Part shown: positions 41,019 to 50,364 of the stretch, piece after piece
How the letters are laid out: each line of letters starts with the position of its first letter
Numbering within the stretch: position 1 is the stretch's first letter
Assembly (NCBI GenBank): GCA_037131775.1
Contig: JBAXQK010000002.1
Span: forward strand, 87,493-151,492
Length of the DNA: 64,000 bases
From: Candidatus Uhrbacteria bacterium
GTDB taxonomy: Bacteria; Patescibacteriota; Patescibacteriia; UBA9934; GWF2-40-263
Direction: 5' to 3'
Made by a program: the position numbers and the translations under genes
Notes under the pieces: generated by a model
Database searches by the model: none
The model's input: the letters and a program-made list of their open reading frames with translations, nothing else
Told to the model about the DNA's origin: nothing

Positions 41019-41729
41019 TTAGGCAAACAGGTCGAGAAACTTGGCGATCAGCGTGCTCGCTTCCGGCGACGGTCGGAGCGCGGCCTTCATTCCCGCGACG
41101 ATCTCCGGGGTCAGCTTGTACTCGGTTGCGTAATAGTCGACGCGGTACAGAACGCCATCCTGGTCGAGCTCGGGATGGAACGTGAGCGCGTATACCGGTG
41201 CATCCGGAAACCTCCATGCCTGGTGGATACTGCGTTCCGACGAGGCGAGGTGGACGGCGTCGGACGGGAGAACCGTCAGATGGTCCTTGTGTCCCAGCTG
41301 CGCGTCGAAGCTCGGCGGGAGGTCGCGAAACAATTCATCGTCGCTCCCCTCCTCGGTCCTCGACACAAGGAACGTCCCGACCTCCGCGCGCGACTCGTCC
41401 TTTTCGACGCGGCCGCCGAACGCGTGCGTGAGAATCTGAGCGCCGAAGCAGATGCCGAGCGTCGGGACATTTCGATGGCGAGCCTCGTCGAGGACGGGCT
41501 TGAGCGCGGCGAGAATTTCCGGGATGTCGCCGCGCGAGATGAGGTAGTCGCCGGATCCGCCGAGGATGATCGCATCCGCTCCGTCGAGAAGGTCGACGGT
41601 CAGCGGCGCGGTCGTTGCGTTTACCGGGACGAAGTCGAACGCGGGACGGTTGGAAAAACGAACGACGAGATCGAACTCGTGGGCGGCCATGATCGGGTCA
41701 GGGCGAAACTGGAGAAGGAGGATGCGCAT
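41019..41729 (-). CDS. type 1 glutamine amidotransferase
   Basis: LGICFGAQ and FHPE catalytic triad motifs. Confidence 0.9.
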   Translation of the reverse strand: MRILLLQFRPDPIMAAHEFDLVVRFSNRPAFDFVPVNATTAPLTVDLLDGADAIILGGSGDYLISRGDIPEILAALKPVLDEARHRNVPTLGICFGAQILTHAFGGRVEKDESRAEVGTFLVSRTEEGSDDELFRDLPPSFDAQLGHKDHLTVLPSDAVHLASSERSIHQAWRFPDAPVYALTFHPELDQDGVLYRVDYYATEYKLTPEIVAGMKAALRPSPEASTLIAKFLDLFA

Positions 41730-41775
41730 ATCGATGGTAGGATACAGGAATTTGAAGTCTTTTGATAACCGTTCA

Positions 41776-41819
41776 CGACGACCACCCCTGACCCCTCCTC
41801 CCTATGAGGAGGGGGAAAC
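41776..41819. repeat. 45-bp palindromic repeat family, intergenic copy
   Basis: cgacgaccacccctgacccctcctccctatgaggagggggaaac. Confidence 0.88.
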
Positions 41820-41867
41820 TTAGGAAGAAAAGAGACCCAGGACGCGGCGCGAGGCCGGGTCGGAGGG

Positions 41868-42212
41868 TCAGAGGGCGATGCCGGGCGAGCCGACGGACGC
41901 GCAGATGGTGGCGAGGTCGACCGAGCACGTTTCAAAGAGCGCGGCGGTGGATCGCGCGAGCCTGTTGCCGGCGACGTGTCGGCGAAGGATCTCGGTGCGA
42001 ACCTGCCGGATCGTGAGCGAGCCTTCGAGAAAGTTCGCCTGGAGATCGGCCGGCATGTGGCGCGCCTCGTCGACGATCGCCGAGACGTAATCGGGCGGCG
42101 ACCGGTGCGGGCTTGCCGACGGACGGACGCCCGTGAGCGTCACGCGGCCGTCGAGCAGCAGGCGGAGGGAATTTTCTGACAGCTGGGAAAGAACGCGTGT
42201 GAGCTCGTCCAA
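41868..42212 (-). CDS. hypothetical protein (start uncertain)
   Basis: ORF with GGAG before a TTG start. Confidence 0.45.
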   Translation of the reverse strand: MDELTRVLSQLSENSLRLLLDGRVTLTGVRPSASPHRSPPDYVSAIVDEARHMPADLQANFLEGSLTIRQVRTEILRRHVAGNRLARSTAALFETCSVDLATICASVGSPGIAL

Positions 42213-42524
42213 GGGGACTCCGGGGAGAAAGAAAGCGAGCCGTCGCGGGTTGCGACGGCTCGTTGGTGGGCGGGGATGTGAGGGGTTCACGATCACGGCA
42301 CAACGGGCGTCGCAGGCAACTTCCAATCAAACGAAACGTACGCACAAATCATGTGGCACGTGACGGAGAGATTGTTTGCTGCGACGTTTGTCATACTGTA
42401 TCTAAGGTATCGTCGATGGGAGATCGTGTCAAACGCGAGTTATCCCCATTTCGACTTCACTCAGTGTCTGCGACATCACGAAAAGAAAAAGATCCTGAGC
42501 GAGGCTCGGGACCGAGTCGAAGGG

Positions 42525-43673
42525 TCAGTGCTTGCTGCCGTTTCCGTTACGCTTCTGGCGCTCGTGGAACCATCCGAGGTTTTCGCGCTGGCGTTCGTAG
42601 AGAAGCTGCTGCAGCGACGCGTCCTGCCAGGACTGTTCCGGAAGATAGATCTTTCCGGGAAAGAGCAGCGGGAGCATGTTCTTCATTCCCTGCCGCATCT
42701 TGTAGATGGTGTGGTTCTCCTCGTCATGTGCATACTTCGCGGAGTAGAACACTCCGAACGTCACGATCTGGAACTCGTACCAGCGGTTGTGCCAGAACAC
42801 CGCGAGTTGCTTCTGCTTGTACTTTGGCGAGCTGAGCGAGTTCGTCGGATCCGCTGCCGTCCCGGTTTCCTTCGTCAGGTTGTCGCTGTCCGGATATACT
42901 TCCGCGCCGAACGCGATGAGGTTCCACACAAGCTCCTCCGCAAGTGCGTTTACCGCATCGATGCTCTCGACGACGAACTTGAATCCGCACCGATCCTTCA
43001 CGAGCATCGGGTCGTGCCCCTCCTTCGGGGCGATCTGTTGCTGCAGGAGCTTCATGACCGTTCGGAACCGGTTCTTCGCCCTGGTTCCGGTTCGGAGAGT
43101 TACTCCTTCGCGAGTCATGCGCACGCGGCTGTTGTGTTTGCGTTCCAAAAGCTTGCCGAACGTACCAGGCACGTCGTACGAGACCGCCTTCACGCGATAC
43201 ATGTCTTCCGGGTCGTGGTACGTGTAGATGAACCGCTTGCGCGAGCCGTCGATGAGTACCGAGCGCTGGAGCAACTGCCTCATGGCATCGACGTCTTCTT
43301 CCACGTCGACCATCGGGTCGATGCGCTCAAGCTCGTAGCTCATCGCCGCGAGATCGAGCACGCACAGCGCCTCAAACCGTTGTTGCACGTTCTGCTCATC
43401 ATCTCCGTGCACGTCGGCAAGGGCGAGAAGCTTGAGCGGATGCGATACGGCATACACCTCGTCCGCCATCTCCAGCTCGTCGAAGATAGGCAAGGCAAGC
43501 TCCTCCGCGAGGTCGAGCCGACCGTCGCGAACGCCGCGGGCCCGGCTCGCAAGCTTTCGGATCTTATTCGGCTCGATCGCCCTCAGGTAGCTGCGCCGCG
43601 TACGGATCGCCTTGGGATCGCGCTCCCCGGTCCAGTCCTTGTGCCACGAAAGAACCATTTTCAGCCGTTCCAA
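42525..43673 (-). CDS. RelA/SpoT-like nucleotidyltransferase (TIGR04552-like)
   Basis: RAKNRFRTVMK, DRCGFKFV, NSLSSPKY, EFQIVT, H..YKMRQ. Confidence 0.65.
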   Translation of the reverse strand: MERLKMVLSWHKDWTGERDPKAIRTRRSYLRAIEPNKIRKLASRARGVRDGRLDLAEELALPIFDELEMADEVYAVSHPLKLLALADVHGDDEQNVQQRFEALCVLDLAAMSYELERIDPMVDVEEDVDAMRQLLQRSVLIDGSRKRFIYTYHDPEDMYRVKAVSYDVPGTFGKLLERKHNSRVRMTREGVTLRTGTRAKNRFRTVMKLLQQQIAPKEGHDPMLVKDRCGFKFVVESIDAVNALAEELVWNLIAFGAEVYPDSDNLTKETGTAADPTNSLSSPKYKQKQLAVFWHNRWYEFQIVTFGVFYSAKYAHDEENHTIYKMRQGMKNMLPLLFPGKIYLPEQSWQDASLQQLLYERQRENLGWFHERQKRNGNGSKH

Positions 43674-43700
43674 TCTTCCCCCTTGGTTGGAATCTCCACC

Positions 43701-43967
43701 CTACGACCCCGACAGCGCGGCGTCAATCTCGGCCTCGGTGAGGTACCGGCGGACCTTGTCGATCTGCTCCGAACATTTCGGTTCGACGCGGACGGCCAGG
43801 CGCAGATCCTTCTTCTTCAGATTGAACCGTGCGCGCTCGCAGAACTGGACGATCCAGATCCGCGCCGCGGCCTTCTTGGCCTCGATTTGCTCATCCGTCG
43901 CATACGGCATGCGTTGGATTTCCTCGACGGTCGGATCTGGGAACGGCGGCCCCGTGTGTTCGCGCAT
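43701..43967 (-). CDS. hypothetical protein
   Basis: 88 aa, GGAGG RBS, immediately upstream of the RelA-like gene. Confidence 0.55.
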   Translation of the reverse strand: MREHTGPPFPDPTVEEIQRMPYATDEQIEAKKAAARIWIVQFCERARFNLKKKDLRLAVRVEPKCSEQIDKVRRYLTEAEIDAALSGS

Positions 43968-43982
43968 GATTTCCTCCAAACG

Positions 43983-44074
43983 AAAAGGGGTCAGTGGGTT
44001 CAAGGGGATCGAAGGAGTCGAGGGAAATATTTCCCTTGATCCCTCTGACACCCTCGATCCCCCCGACCCCTTTT
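43983..44074. repeat. intergenic hairpin of ~9-bp aggggtcg/cgacccct-type repeats
   Basis: aaaaggggtc...gagggaaat atttccctt...gacccctttt. Confidence 0.7.
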
Positions 44075-44076
44075 AA

Positions 44077-44544
44077 CTAGACCCCTTCGCCAAACTGGTA
44101 GCGGTCCGTGATCTTCTCGTAGGCGAACAGCTCGTCGTCCTGGAAGAAGCGCTTTACCTCGGTCGCGGCCGCTTCCGGCGAGTCGGAGGCGTGGATGAGG
44201 TTGCTCGGGACATTCATGGAGAGGTCAGCGCGGATCGTTCCGGCGTCGGCGTTCCGCGGGTTGGTGGAGCCGACGATCTTGCGCACGGACTCGACGCTGT
44301 CGAGGCCCTCGAGCACGAGGCCGACCACCGGGGTCTGCATCATGAACTGCTTGAGGGAGGCGAAGAACGGCTTGTCGGCCAGGTGCGCGTAGTGCTCGGT
44401 GAGCATCTCGTCCGTGAGGCGGATCAGCTTGAGGCCGACGATCTTGAGCCCCTTCAGCTCGAAGCGGCGGATCACTTCGCCGAGGAGGTCGCGCTGCAGG
44501 GCGTCCGGCTTCAGGAGAACGAGCGTCTTTTGGATTTCGGCCAT
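44077..44544 (-). CDS. ndk: nucleoside-diphosphate kinase
   Basis: KPDA, GTIRAD, NLIHASDS. Confidence 0.97.
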   Translation of the reverse strand: MAEIQKTLVLLKPDALQRDLLGEVIRRFELKGLKIVGLKLIRLTDEMLTEHYAHLADKPFFASLKQFMMQTPVVGLVLEGLDSVESVRKIVGSTNPRNADAGTIRADLSMNVPSNLIHASDSPEAAATEVKRFFQDDELFAYEKITDRYQFGEGV

Positions 44545-44560
44545 ATCGATATGATTATAA

Positions 44561-44642
44561 ATTAGGCGTAAGGCTGAAAGGCAAAAGGCTTAAGGGAAAC
44601 CCTTACGCCTTTTGCCTTAACGCCTTAAGCCTATAGCCTTTT
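44561..44642. repeat. intergenic hairpin of 7-bp aaggc/gcctt repeats
   Basis: First 35 bp identical to 60002-60036. Confidence 0.85.
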
Positions 44643-44644
44643 CA

Positions 44645-45601
44645 TCAAAACGGCAAGGGAGAGGGCTCGACCGTCGGTTCCCCGCCCGTAGAGGTCAGGA
44701 GGATGTCGCCGTCGAGGTCGGTGCGCTCGACGCGAATGTGGCGGTCGTCGAGGCGTTGGAGCGTCGCAGGATGCGGGTGGCCGTAGCTGTTATCGATGCC
44801 GTCGGAGATAATCGCGAACTCCGGGGTGACCGCGTCGAGGAACTCGGTCGACGACGAGGTGCGGCTCCCGTGGTGTCCGACCTTGAGGACGTCGACGTCG
44901 CCGACCTCGGGAAGGATGTCGTGCTCGACGTCGGCCGGCGCGTCGCCGGTGAGAAGGAGGGTCGTGTCGTGGTACGTGACGAGCATCACGACGGACGCCT
45001 CGTTCGGATCCTTCGGGTAGGTTCCGTCGATCGGCTTCGTCGGAGCGAGCACTTCGAGCGTCACGTCGCCGTACGCGAAGTGATCGCCCGCGACGAGATG
45101 CTTCGTCGGCGCATGCTCGGCGACGGTATCGGCTTCGAACGCGTCCATCTCCCCCGTGTGTGAAAGCGCACCACCGTCGTACACCGTGGCGACATCATAG
45201 CGCTCGAGGACGGAGACGAGGCCGGCGACATGGTCTTTGTGCGGATGCGTGAGCACGATCGCGTCGATGGACCGGTCCCACGGCTGCATCACCTGCCCAA
45301 GCTTCGAAAGCACTTCCTGCGACGGGCCGCCGTCGACGAGGATCTGATGGTGGTCGGGAGTCTCGATAAAGATGGAGTCGCCCTGGCCGACGTCGAAGAA
45401 CCAGACGCGAAGCTCGCCCGAAGAGACGAACGGCGCTGCGGGAACGGACGATACGACGGGCACCGGAACGTGCGACTCGCGGACGAAGAGGATCGTCGCA
45501 ATGACGAGCATCACGGTTGCGACGAGGAGATGCTCGACCTTGGAGCGGTGGCGAGAGAGGAGGAGGCGCGGGGTAGATTGACGTGATGTGCGGAGGGTCA
45601 T
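44645..45601 (-). CDS. ComEC/Rec2 metallo-beta-lactamase domain protein
   Basis: FFDVGQGDS, THPHKDH, LTGDA, KVGHHGS, YGHPH. Confidence 0.92.
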   Translation of the reverse strand: MTLRTSRQSTPRLLLSRHRSKVEHLLVATVMLVIATILFVRESHVPVPVVSSVPAAPFVSSGELRVWFFDVGQGDSIFIETPDHHQILVDGGPSQEVLSKLGQVMQPWDRSIDAIVLTHPHKDHVAGLVSVLERYDVATVYDGGALSHTGEMDAFEADTVAEHAPTKHLVAGDHFAYGDVTLEVLAPTKPIDGTYPKDPNEASVVMLVTYHDTTLLLTGDAPADVEHDILPEVGDVDVLKVGHHGSRTSSSTEFLDAVTPEFAIISDGIDNSYGHPHPATLQRLDDRHIRVERTDLDGDILLTSTGGEPTVEPSPLPF

Positions 45602-46101
45602 ACAGCAGAGATCTCCGTTTCCCCATCATTTTCCTTACACGTTCCCCCTCCTGATAGGCAGGAGGGGTCAGGGGTGGTCGACGAGATTTTCGTGATGGTC
45701 ATCGCGCCGTCTTGGATCTTTTTAACGATCCTCGCTGGCAATCCAACTTCGATTTTCCTCAAGACCTTCTCCATATCCCCATACACGTCCCCGTTCGCGA
45801 CTCGCACGACGACGATCCCCTTCGACTCGACATACTTCGTCCGCGCAATGTCACTCTCCCGTTCGCCTTCCTCAAAATGACTCTGGCCATCGACCTCGAC
45901 GACGAGGCGAGCTTCAGGGCAATAAAAGTCGACAACGTACGGACCGATTCCGTGTTGACGGCGGAATTTTAAACCATGGAATTTTCGGCCCATGAGAAAT
46001 GACCATAATATTCCCTCGGCCGGCGATGCCTCGTTGCGGAGGGTTTGTCGGAGTGCTTTTTGGGTGGTGAGGTTGTAGAGAAGTTGCATAGAAAAACGCA
46101 T
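45598..46101 (-). CDS. DUF559 (Vsr-like) endonuclease domain protein
   Basis: LRNEASPAEGILW..KFRRQHGIGPYVVDFYC..LVVEVDG.SH...D..R. Confidence 0.9.
   Translation of the reverse strand: MRFSMQLLYNLTTQKALRQTLRNEASPAEGILWSFLMGRKFHGLKFRRQHGIGPYVVDFYCPEARLVVEVDGQSHFEEGERESDIARTKYVESKGIVVVRVANGDVYGDMEKVLRKIEVGLPARIVKKIQDGAMTITKISSTTPDPSCLSGGGTCKENDGETEISAV
45641..45684. repeat. 45-bp palindromic repeat at the DUF559 3' end
   Basis: gttccccctcctgataggcaggaggggtcaggggtggtcgacga. Confidence 0.9.
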
Positions 46102-46105
46102 AGGG

Positions 46106-46196
46106 CGCGACGACCGCCCCTTATCCCCTCCTGCCTATCAGGAGGGGGAACGTGGTTGAAAAATCGTTTCCCCTCCTGATAGGCAGGAGGGGAAAC
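46106..46196. repeat. 45-bp palindromic repeat plus core-only copy at the DUF559 5' end
   Basis: 46106-46151 is inverted relative to the 45641 copy; 46166-46196 reads gtttcccctcctgataggcaggaggggaaac. Confidence 0.9.
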
Positions 46197-46225
46197 TTGA
46201 AAAGGGAGACGAATTACGACTGCCA

Positions 46226-47611
46226 TCATACCGCCCCGAACCACCTGACCACGTGCAAGATCACCGACGACACCGCGATTGCCGGGACGGCGACGATCGT
46301 TCCGACTGAGGGGACGAGGAACCCGGCCGCGAGGGCGATTCCCGTCATGGCCATGAGCATAGGGACAAGCGGGAGGACGATGAGGTTGACCACGGGCGAC
46401 AGGAGCGACACCGAGCCGAAGTGCCAGAGCATGATGGGGAGCGTCGCGACGATCGCGGCCATGCTTCCCGCGAAGGACTTGCGGAGCTCGAATGCCTCGG
46501 GGATGAATTTGCAACGTTCCTCGATCCTCGACGACCAGCCGAGCATCGCGGCAGTCGCGACGAACGACAATTGGAATCCAACGTCGTCGAGAAGCAACAG
46601 CGGGTTCCACATGAGCATCGCAGCAAGCGCGAGGAGCGTTACGTTGAGGATCGACGGCTTGCGTCGAATCAAAAACCCGACGAGCGTCATCGCGCCCATG
46701 ATGCCGGCGCGAACGACGGCGGCCGAGGCGCCGGCGACGATGACGTAGGAGACGAGGAGCGCGGCGGTAAGGTACGCGCCCTTGCGGCGACCGAGGACGG
46801 TGTGGGTGATGAAACCGAGGAAGACCATCGAGAACAGCGAGACGTTGAACCCGGACGCGGCGAGGATGTGCGAGGTTCCCGTCGCGGAGAAATCGTCCTG
46901 GAGGTCCTTTGAGAGCGTCGAGCTTCCGCCAAAAATGAGTCCCGCGAGGAACGACGCATGCGGCTCGGGGACGATCATGCGGAGGCGGCCGATCACGACG
47001 CGCTTCACCGTCAACAACGTCGCGACGATCCCGCCGCTCGACGGTTTTACGTCGACGAACTTCGGAGAAAAACACAGCGCGAGCACGCCCTGGCTGCGGA
47101 GATACTTGTCGTACGCGAACGTGCCGATCTGCGTCGGAACCTGAGGCCTGCACTCGAACGTGAGCGTGTCGCCGTACGCGATGGGCGGGAACGCGTCGAG
47201 CCAGACTTGGAGTTTTCCGTCGACCGAGGCGTCGGCGACCGAAAGACCGTCGAGAATGACGCGCTGTCCCGTGCCCGTCTCAACGACCTCGGACGAGACC
47301 GTCCCAGCGATCCGCGACGACCGGTCGGCCGCGTCCGCGATAGTCGGGACGTTCGAAGGGACGAGTGCTTGGCCGTAGCGCCAGGCGCCGAGGAGGAAGA
47401 GGGCGAGGCACAGGGAAACAAGAAGGCGCGACGACCACCCCTGACCCCTCCTCCCTATGAGGATGGGGAACGTGACGACGAATACTGCGATTAGCAGCGC
47501 GCGGTCGAACCCGAGAAACAACGGCCCGACCAATATTCCAAACGAAAAACAGACCATCGCCGCCGCGAATGACTTCGACGGCGAGCGGACGATCTTAGAG
47601 AGCAGGGACAT
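46226..47611 (-). CDS. comEC: ComEC/Rec2 competence membrane protein
   Basis: GTSHILAASGFNV, AVVRAGIMG, DVGFQLSF. Confidence 0.92.
   Translation of the reverse strand: MSLLSKIVRSPSKSFAAAMVCFSFGILVGPLFLGFDRALLIAVFVVTFPILIGRRGQGWSSRLLVSLCLALFLLGAWRYGQALVPSNVPTIADAADRSSRIAGTVSSEVVETGTGQRVILDGLSVADASVDGKLQVWLDAFPPIAYGDTLTFECRPQVPTQIGTFAYDKYLRSQGVLALCFSPKFVDVKPSSGGIVATLLTVKRVVIGRLRMIVPEPHASFLAGLIFGGSSTLSKDLQDDFSATGTSHILAASGFNVSLFSMVFLGFITHTVLGRRKGAYLTAALLVSYVIVAGASAAVVRAGIMGAMTLVGFLIRRKPSILNVTLLALAAMLMWNPLLLLDDVGFQLSFVATAAMLGWSSRIEERCKFIPEAFELRKSFAGSMAAIVATLPIMLWHFGSVSLLSPVVNLIVLPLVPMLMAMTGIALAAGFLVPSVGTIVAVPAIAVSSVILHVVRWFGAV
47427..47471. repeat. 45-bp palindromic repeat, in frame inside comEC
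   Basis: Translates as FPILIGRRGQGWSSR. Confidence 0.88.
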
Positions 47612-47617
47612 ACGCAG

Positions 47618-47743
47618 GAAAGAGACAGGATACAAGATTCAAGAGACAAGGAAATTTCAAGAAGCAGACTGTAAAAATTTAAATTTTGACCTTGGCACTT
47701 GATTTCTCTTTGCGTCTTGCCCATCTTGATTCTTGCCTCTTTC
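47618..47743. repeat. intergenic hairpin of caaga/tcttg repeats
   Basis: gaaagagacaggatacaagattcaag ... cttgattcttgcctctttc. Confidence 0.7.
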
Positions 47744-49056
47744 TATCGAATCCCAACCCCCCGATAAACAAACCCCATCCCCTTCAACCCCAACTCCGCC
47801 AGCAGGTTCCTCCCGTCGAACACATTCGGCTCGGCCATGCGCTCGCGGACGGCCTCGAACGAGACGTCAAGAAACTCGGGCCACTCGGTGAGGACGAGGA
47901 GCGCGTCCGCGCCAGTCGTCGCGTCCACCGCGGTCGGGGCGAACTGGACCTGCTCGGGCAACATGCGCTGGGCGAGCTCCATTCCCTGCGGATCGTACGC
48001 GACGATCTCGGCGCCGAGGCCGACGAGGCGCTGGACGATGTCGATCGCGGACGATCCGCGCACGTCGTCGGTCCCGCCCTTGAACGCAAGGCCCCACACC
48101 GCGAGGCGGCGCCCGCGAACTCCGTGCATCTGCTCGACGATGCGCGTGACGAATCGCTCGCGCTGCGCGTTGTTCACCTCGATCACCGCGGACAATAGCT
48201 TGAACTCATACCCGGTCGTGCCGGCCATCTGGTGGAGCGCGGACACGTCCTTCGGAAAGCACGATCCGCCGTAGCCGATTCCGGCCTGGAGGAAGTGCGG
48301 CCCGATCCGGCGGTCGAGCCCAACGGCGCGCGCGACCTCGCGAACGTCGGCGCCGGTGCGCTCGGCGATGTTGGCGATCTCATTGATGAAGGAAACCTTT
48401 GTCGCGAGCAGCGCGTTGGCCGCGTACTTGGTGAGCTCGGCGGATTCGAGCGAGAGGAGAACGCGCGGCGCCGTGATCCCGTCGTGCAATCGGTCGAGCG
48501 TCTGCTGGGCCACGGCGTCATCGGCTCCGATCACGATGCGGTCGGGCTCCATGAAATCCCTGAGCGCGAACCCCGGTCGCAAAAACTCCGGCAAGGACAC
48601 GACGTTGACGATCGTCGTCAGTGCCTCTCGTCCCGCCGCGCCCATCGCGCGACGAATCCGATCAAGCACCGCGCGGTTCGTCCCGACCGGCACGCTCGAC
48701 TTCACGACGACCAGCGCCTCGTGGTCGAGCAGCGACCCGATCGAGTCCGCCGCCGCCTCGACGTACGACAAGTCCGCGAACCCGTCCTTCCCCGCCGGCG
48801 TCCCCACCGCGATCATAATGATCTCGGCCCCGCCGATAACGGATTTCAAATCCGTCGTAAACACGATCCTCCCCGCCTCCTGCATCTCGCGCAAAAGCTC
48901 CGGCATGCCGGGCTCGTAGAAGGGAGTCTCGCCCAAGTCGAGGCGACCGACCTTTGCGGCATCCGTGTCGACGCAGGCGACGCGGTGGCCGAGTTTCGCG
49001 AATCCGAGGCCCGTAACGAGGCCAACGTAGCCGGTGCCGATCATGACTAGGTTCAT
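47743..49056 (-). CDS. ugd: UDP-glucose 6-dehydrogenase
   Basis: GTGYVG, PEFL, AELTKYAAN, GYGGSCFPKD. Confidence 0.93.
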   Translation of the reverse strand: MNLVMIGTGYVGLVTGLGFAKLGHRVACVDTDAAKVGRLDLGETPFYEPGMPELLREMQEAGRIVFTTDLKSVIGGAEIIMIAVGTPAGKDGFADLSYVEAAADSIGSLLDHEALVVVKSSVPVGTNRAVLDRIRRAMGAAGREALTTIVNVVSLPEFLRPGFALRDFMEPDRIVIGADDAVAQQTLDRLHDGITAPRVLLSLESAELTKYAANALLATKVSFINEIANIAERTGADVREVARAVGLDRRIGPHFLQAGIGYGGSCFPKDVSALHQMAGTTGYEFKLLSAVIEVNNAQRERFVTRIVEQMHGVRGRRLAVWGLAFKGGTDDVRGSSAIDIVQRLVGLGAEIVAYDPQGMELAQRMLPEQVQFAPTAVDATTGADALLVLTEWPEFLDVSFEAVRERMAEPNVFDGRNLLAELGLKGMGFVYRGVGIR

Positions 49057-49236
49057 ACAGTTCGACTGCGCTCAGTGTGGATAGTGTGGGAAGGGTAACA
49101 AAAGGCTTGGAAAACTACAAACTGACGTAGTTTTTTATGTGGTTTGCCACCACACCGCCATTCCGAAAGGGCGGGGCGACCGCATGGTGTTGCGCAATTG
49201 TTTTTGGCTGATGCAGCTCCTTTTCCTTTCCCTCAC

Positions 49237-49281
49237 GTTTCCCCTCCTGATAGGCAGGAGGGGTCAGGGGTGGTCGTCGCG
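49237..49281. repeat. 45-bp palindromic repeat, intergenic copy
   Basis: gtttcccctcctgataggcaggaggggtcaggggtggtcgtcgcg. Confidence 0.88.
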
Positions 49282-49575
49282 CCGTAAAATCAAGAAGACT
49301 TCCATCCGGTCGCCGCCCTGCCGGAGCGACCCAGCCAGGACGTAAAAATCTGACGGCGGCGTCAGCCGGGCGAGGATTGTCTGAGCGTACGAGCCCGCAG
49401 GCGAGAAGCGAGTTCCGCAGCGAGTCAGATTTTTGCGCCCTGGCGTAGGAGCGGATGGCCGGGCGGAAGCGGCTTTCTTTGGTTACTTTCTTTTCCGCCC
49501 AAAAGAAAGTAACGCCCGTGGCGGCGAGCCACAAAAGGAAAAGCGGGGCATCAGCCCCGCAATGGAAACAGACAC

Positions 49576-49788
49576 CTATGCCTGTTCCAGCTCCAACAAC
49601 CCATCAATTGCACTAACGGCCCGTTGCGCGACATGTGCCTGGTTCACGCGGTACGTGGCGAGCGCGGTACCGAGTTCCATCACCGCCGCGTCGTCCATCT
49701 CTGGCAGACTCGCGAGGAGAGCTTTCTTTTGTTCCGGTTCCAGATCGACCTCCTCGATGAGAACCTTCAGCGCATCGCGTGGGCTCAT
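49576..49788 (-). CDS. hypothetical protein
   Basis: 70 aa, ATGA-coupled to the upstream gene. Confidence 0.6.
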   Translation of the reverse strand: MSPRDALKVLIEEVDLEPEQKKALLASLPEMDDAAVMELGTALATYRVNQAHVAQRAVSAIDGLLELEQA

Positions 49789-50363
49789 ACGGTTCCCCCG
49801 TCAGCGGAGAATACGTCGATGGCGTTCTGCACCTTCGGCTCAATGACCGCCTGCGCGGCCGCGATCTCGCGGATCCGCTTGTAGGCGGCCCAGACGCGAG
49901 GGATGTCTTTGTTCATCTGCATGACGCCCTCGATTGTGCGCATGGGAAGGAATCCGCCAGAGCAGAGCTCGAGGATCTGGAAAAAGACCGAGGTACGCAA
50001 CTTCACGTGCGGCGTAAGATCGAACGCCTGGATCGCCGAAGTTTTTCCGTCCTTGTCTTTTTTGGCGGGCCCGTGAAACCACTTTGCCAGCTTGTCCAAC
50101 TTTGCCACCCCCTTCAGCACCGTCGCGGAAAAAGTGAACGGAAGCCCGAGGGACATGGACAGGTCGCCGCACGCGAGCGCGGCGTTGAGCGACGTGCGAA
50201 TGGCCGCCTTCGTTCCCTCCGCGACGGTCGGATCGTTCAGATATGGCTCCATCTCCTCGACAAGCCTTTCGTATTTCGTGCGAAACTGATCGTACGCCAA
50301 TATTGAGTCCCGAAGACTCATGTCCACGGACTCCATCATCGTCCTCTCTCCGCGTCCTTCCAT
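49785..50363 (-). CDS. hypothetical protein
   Basis: 192-aa ORF directly after leuS. Confidence 0.6.
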   Translation of the reverse strand: MEGRGERTMMESVDMSLRDSILAYDQFRTKYERLVEEMEPYLNDPTVAEGTKAAIRTSLNAALACGDLSMSLGLPFTFSATVLKGVAKLDKLAKWFHGPAKKDKDGKTSAIQAFDLTPHVKLRTSVFFQILELCSGGFLPMRTIEGVMQMNKDIPRVWAAYKRIREIAAAQAVIEPKVQNAIDVFSADGGTV

Positions 50364-50364
50364 A

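Noticed and set aside
49135-49200. c-di-GMP-I riboswitch upstream of ugd
   Set aside because: The GAAA hairpin and ggcaaacc lie on opposite strands and the second stem is missing
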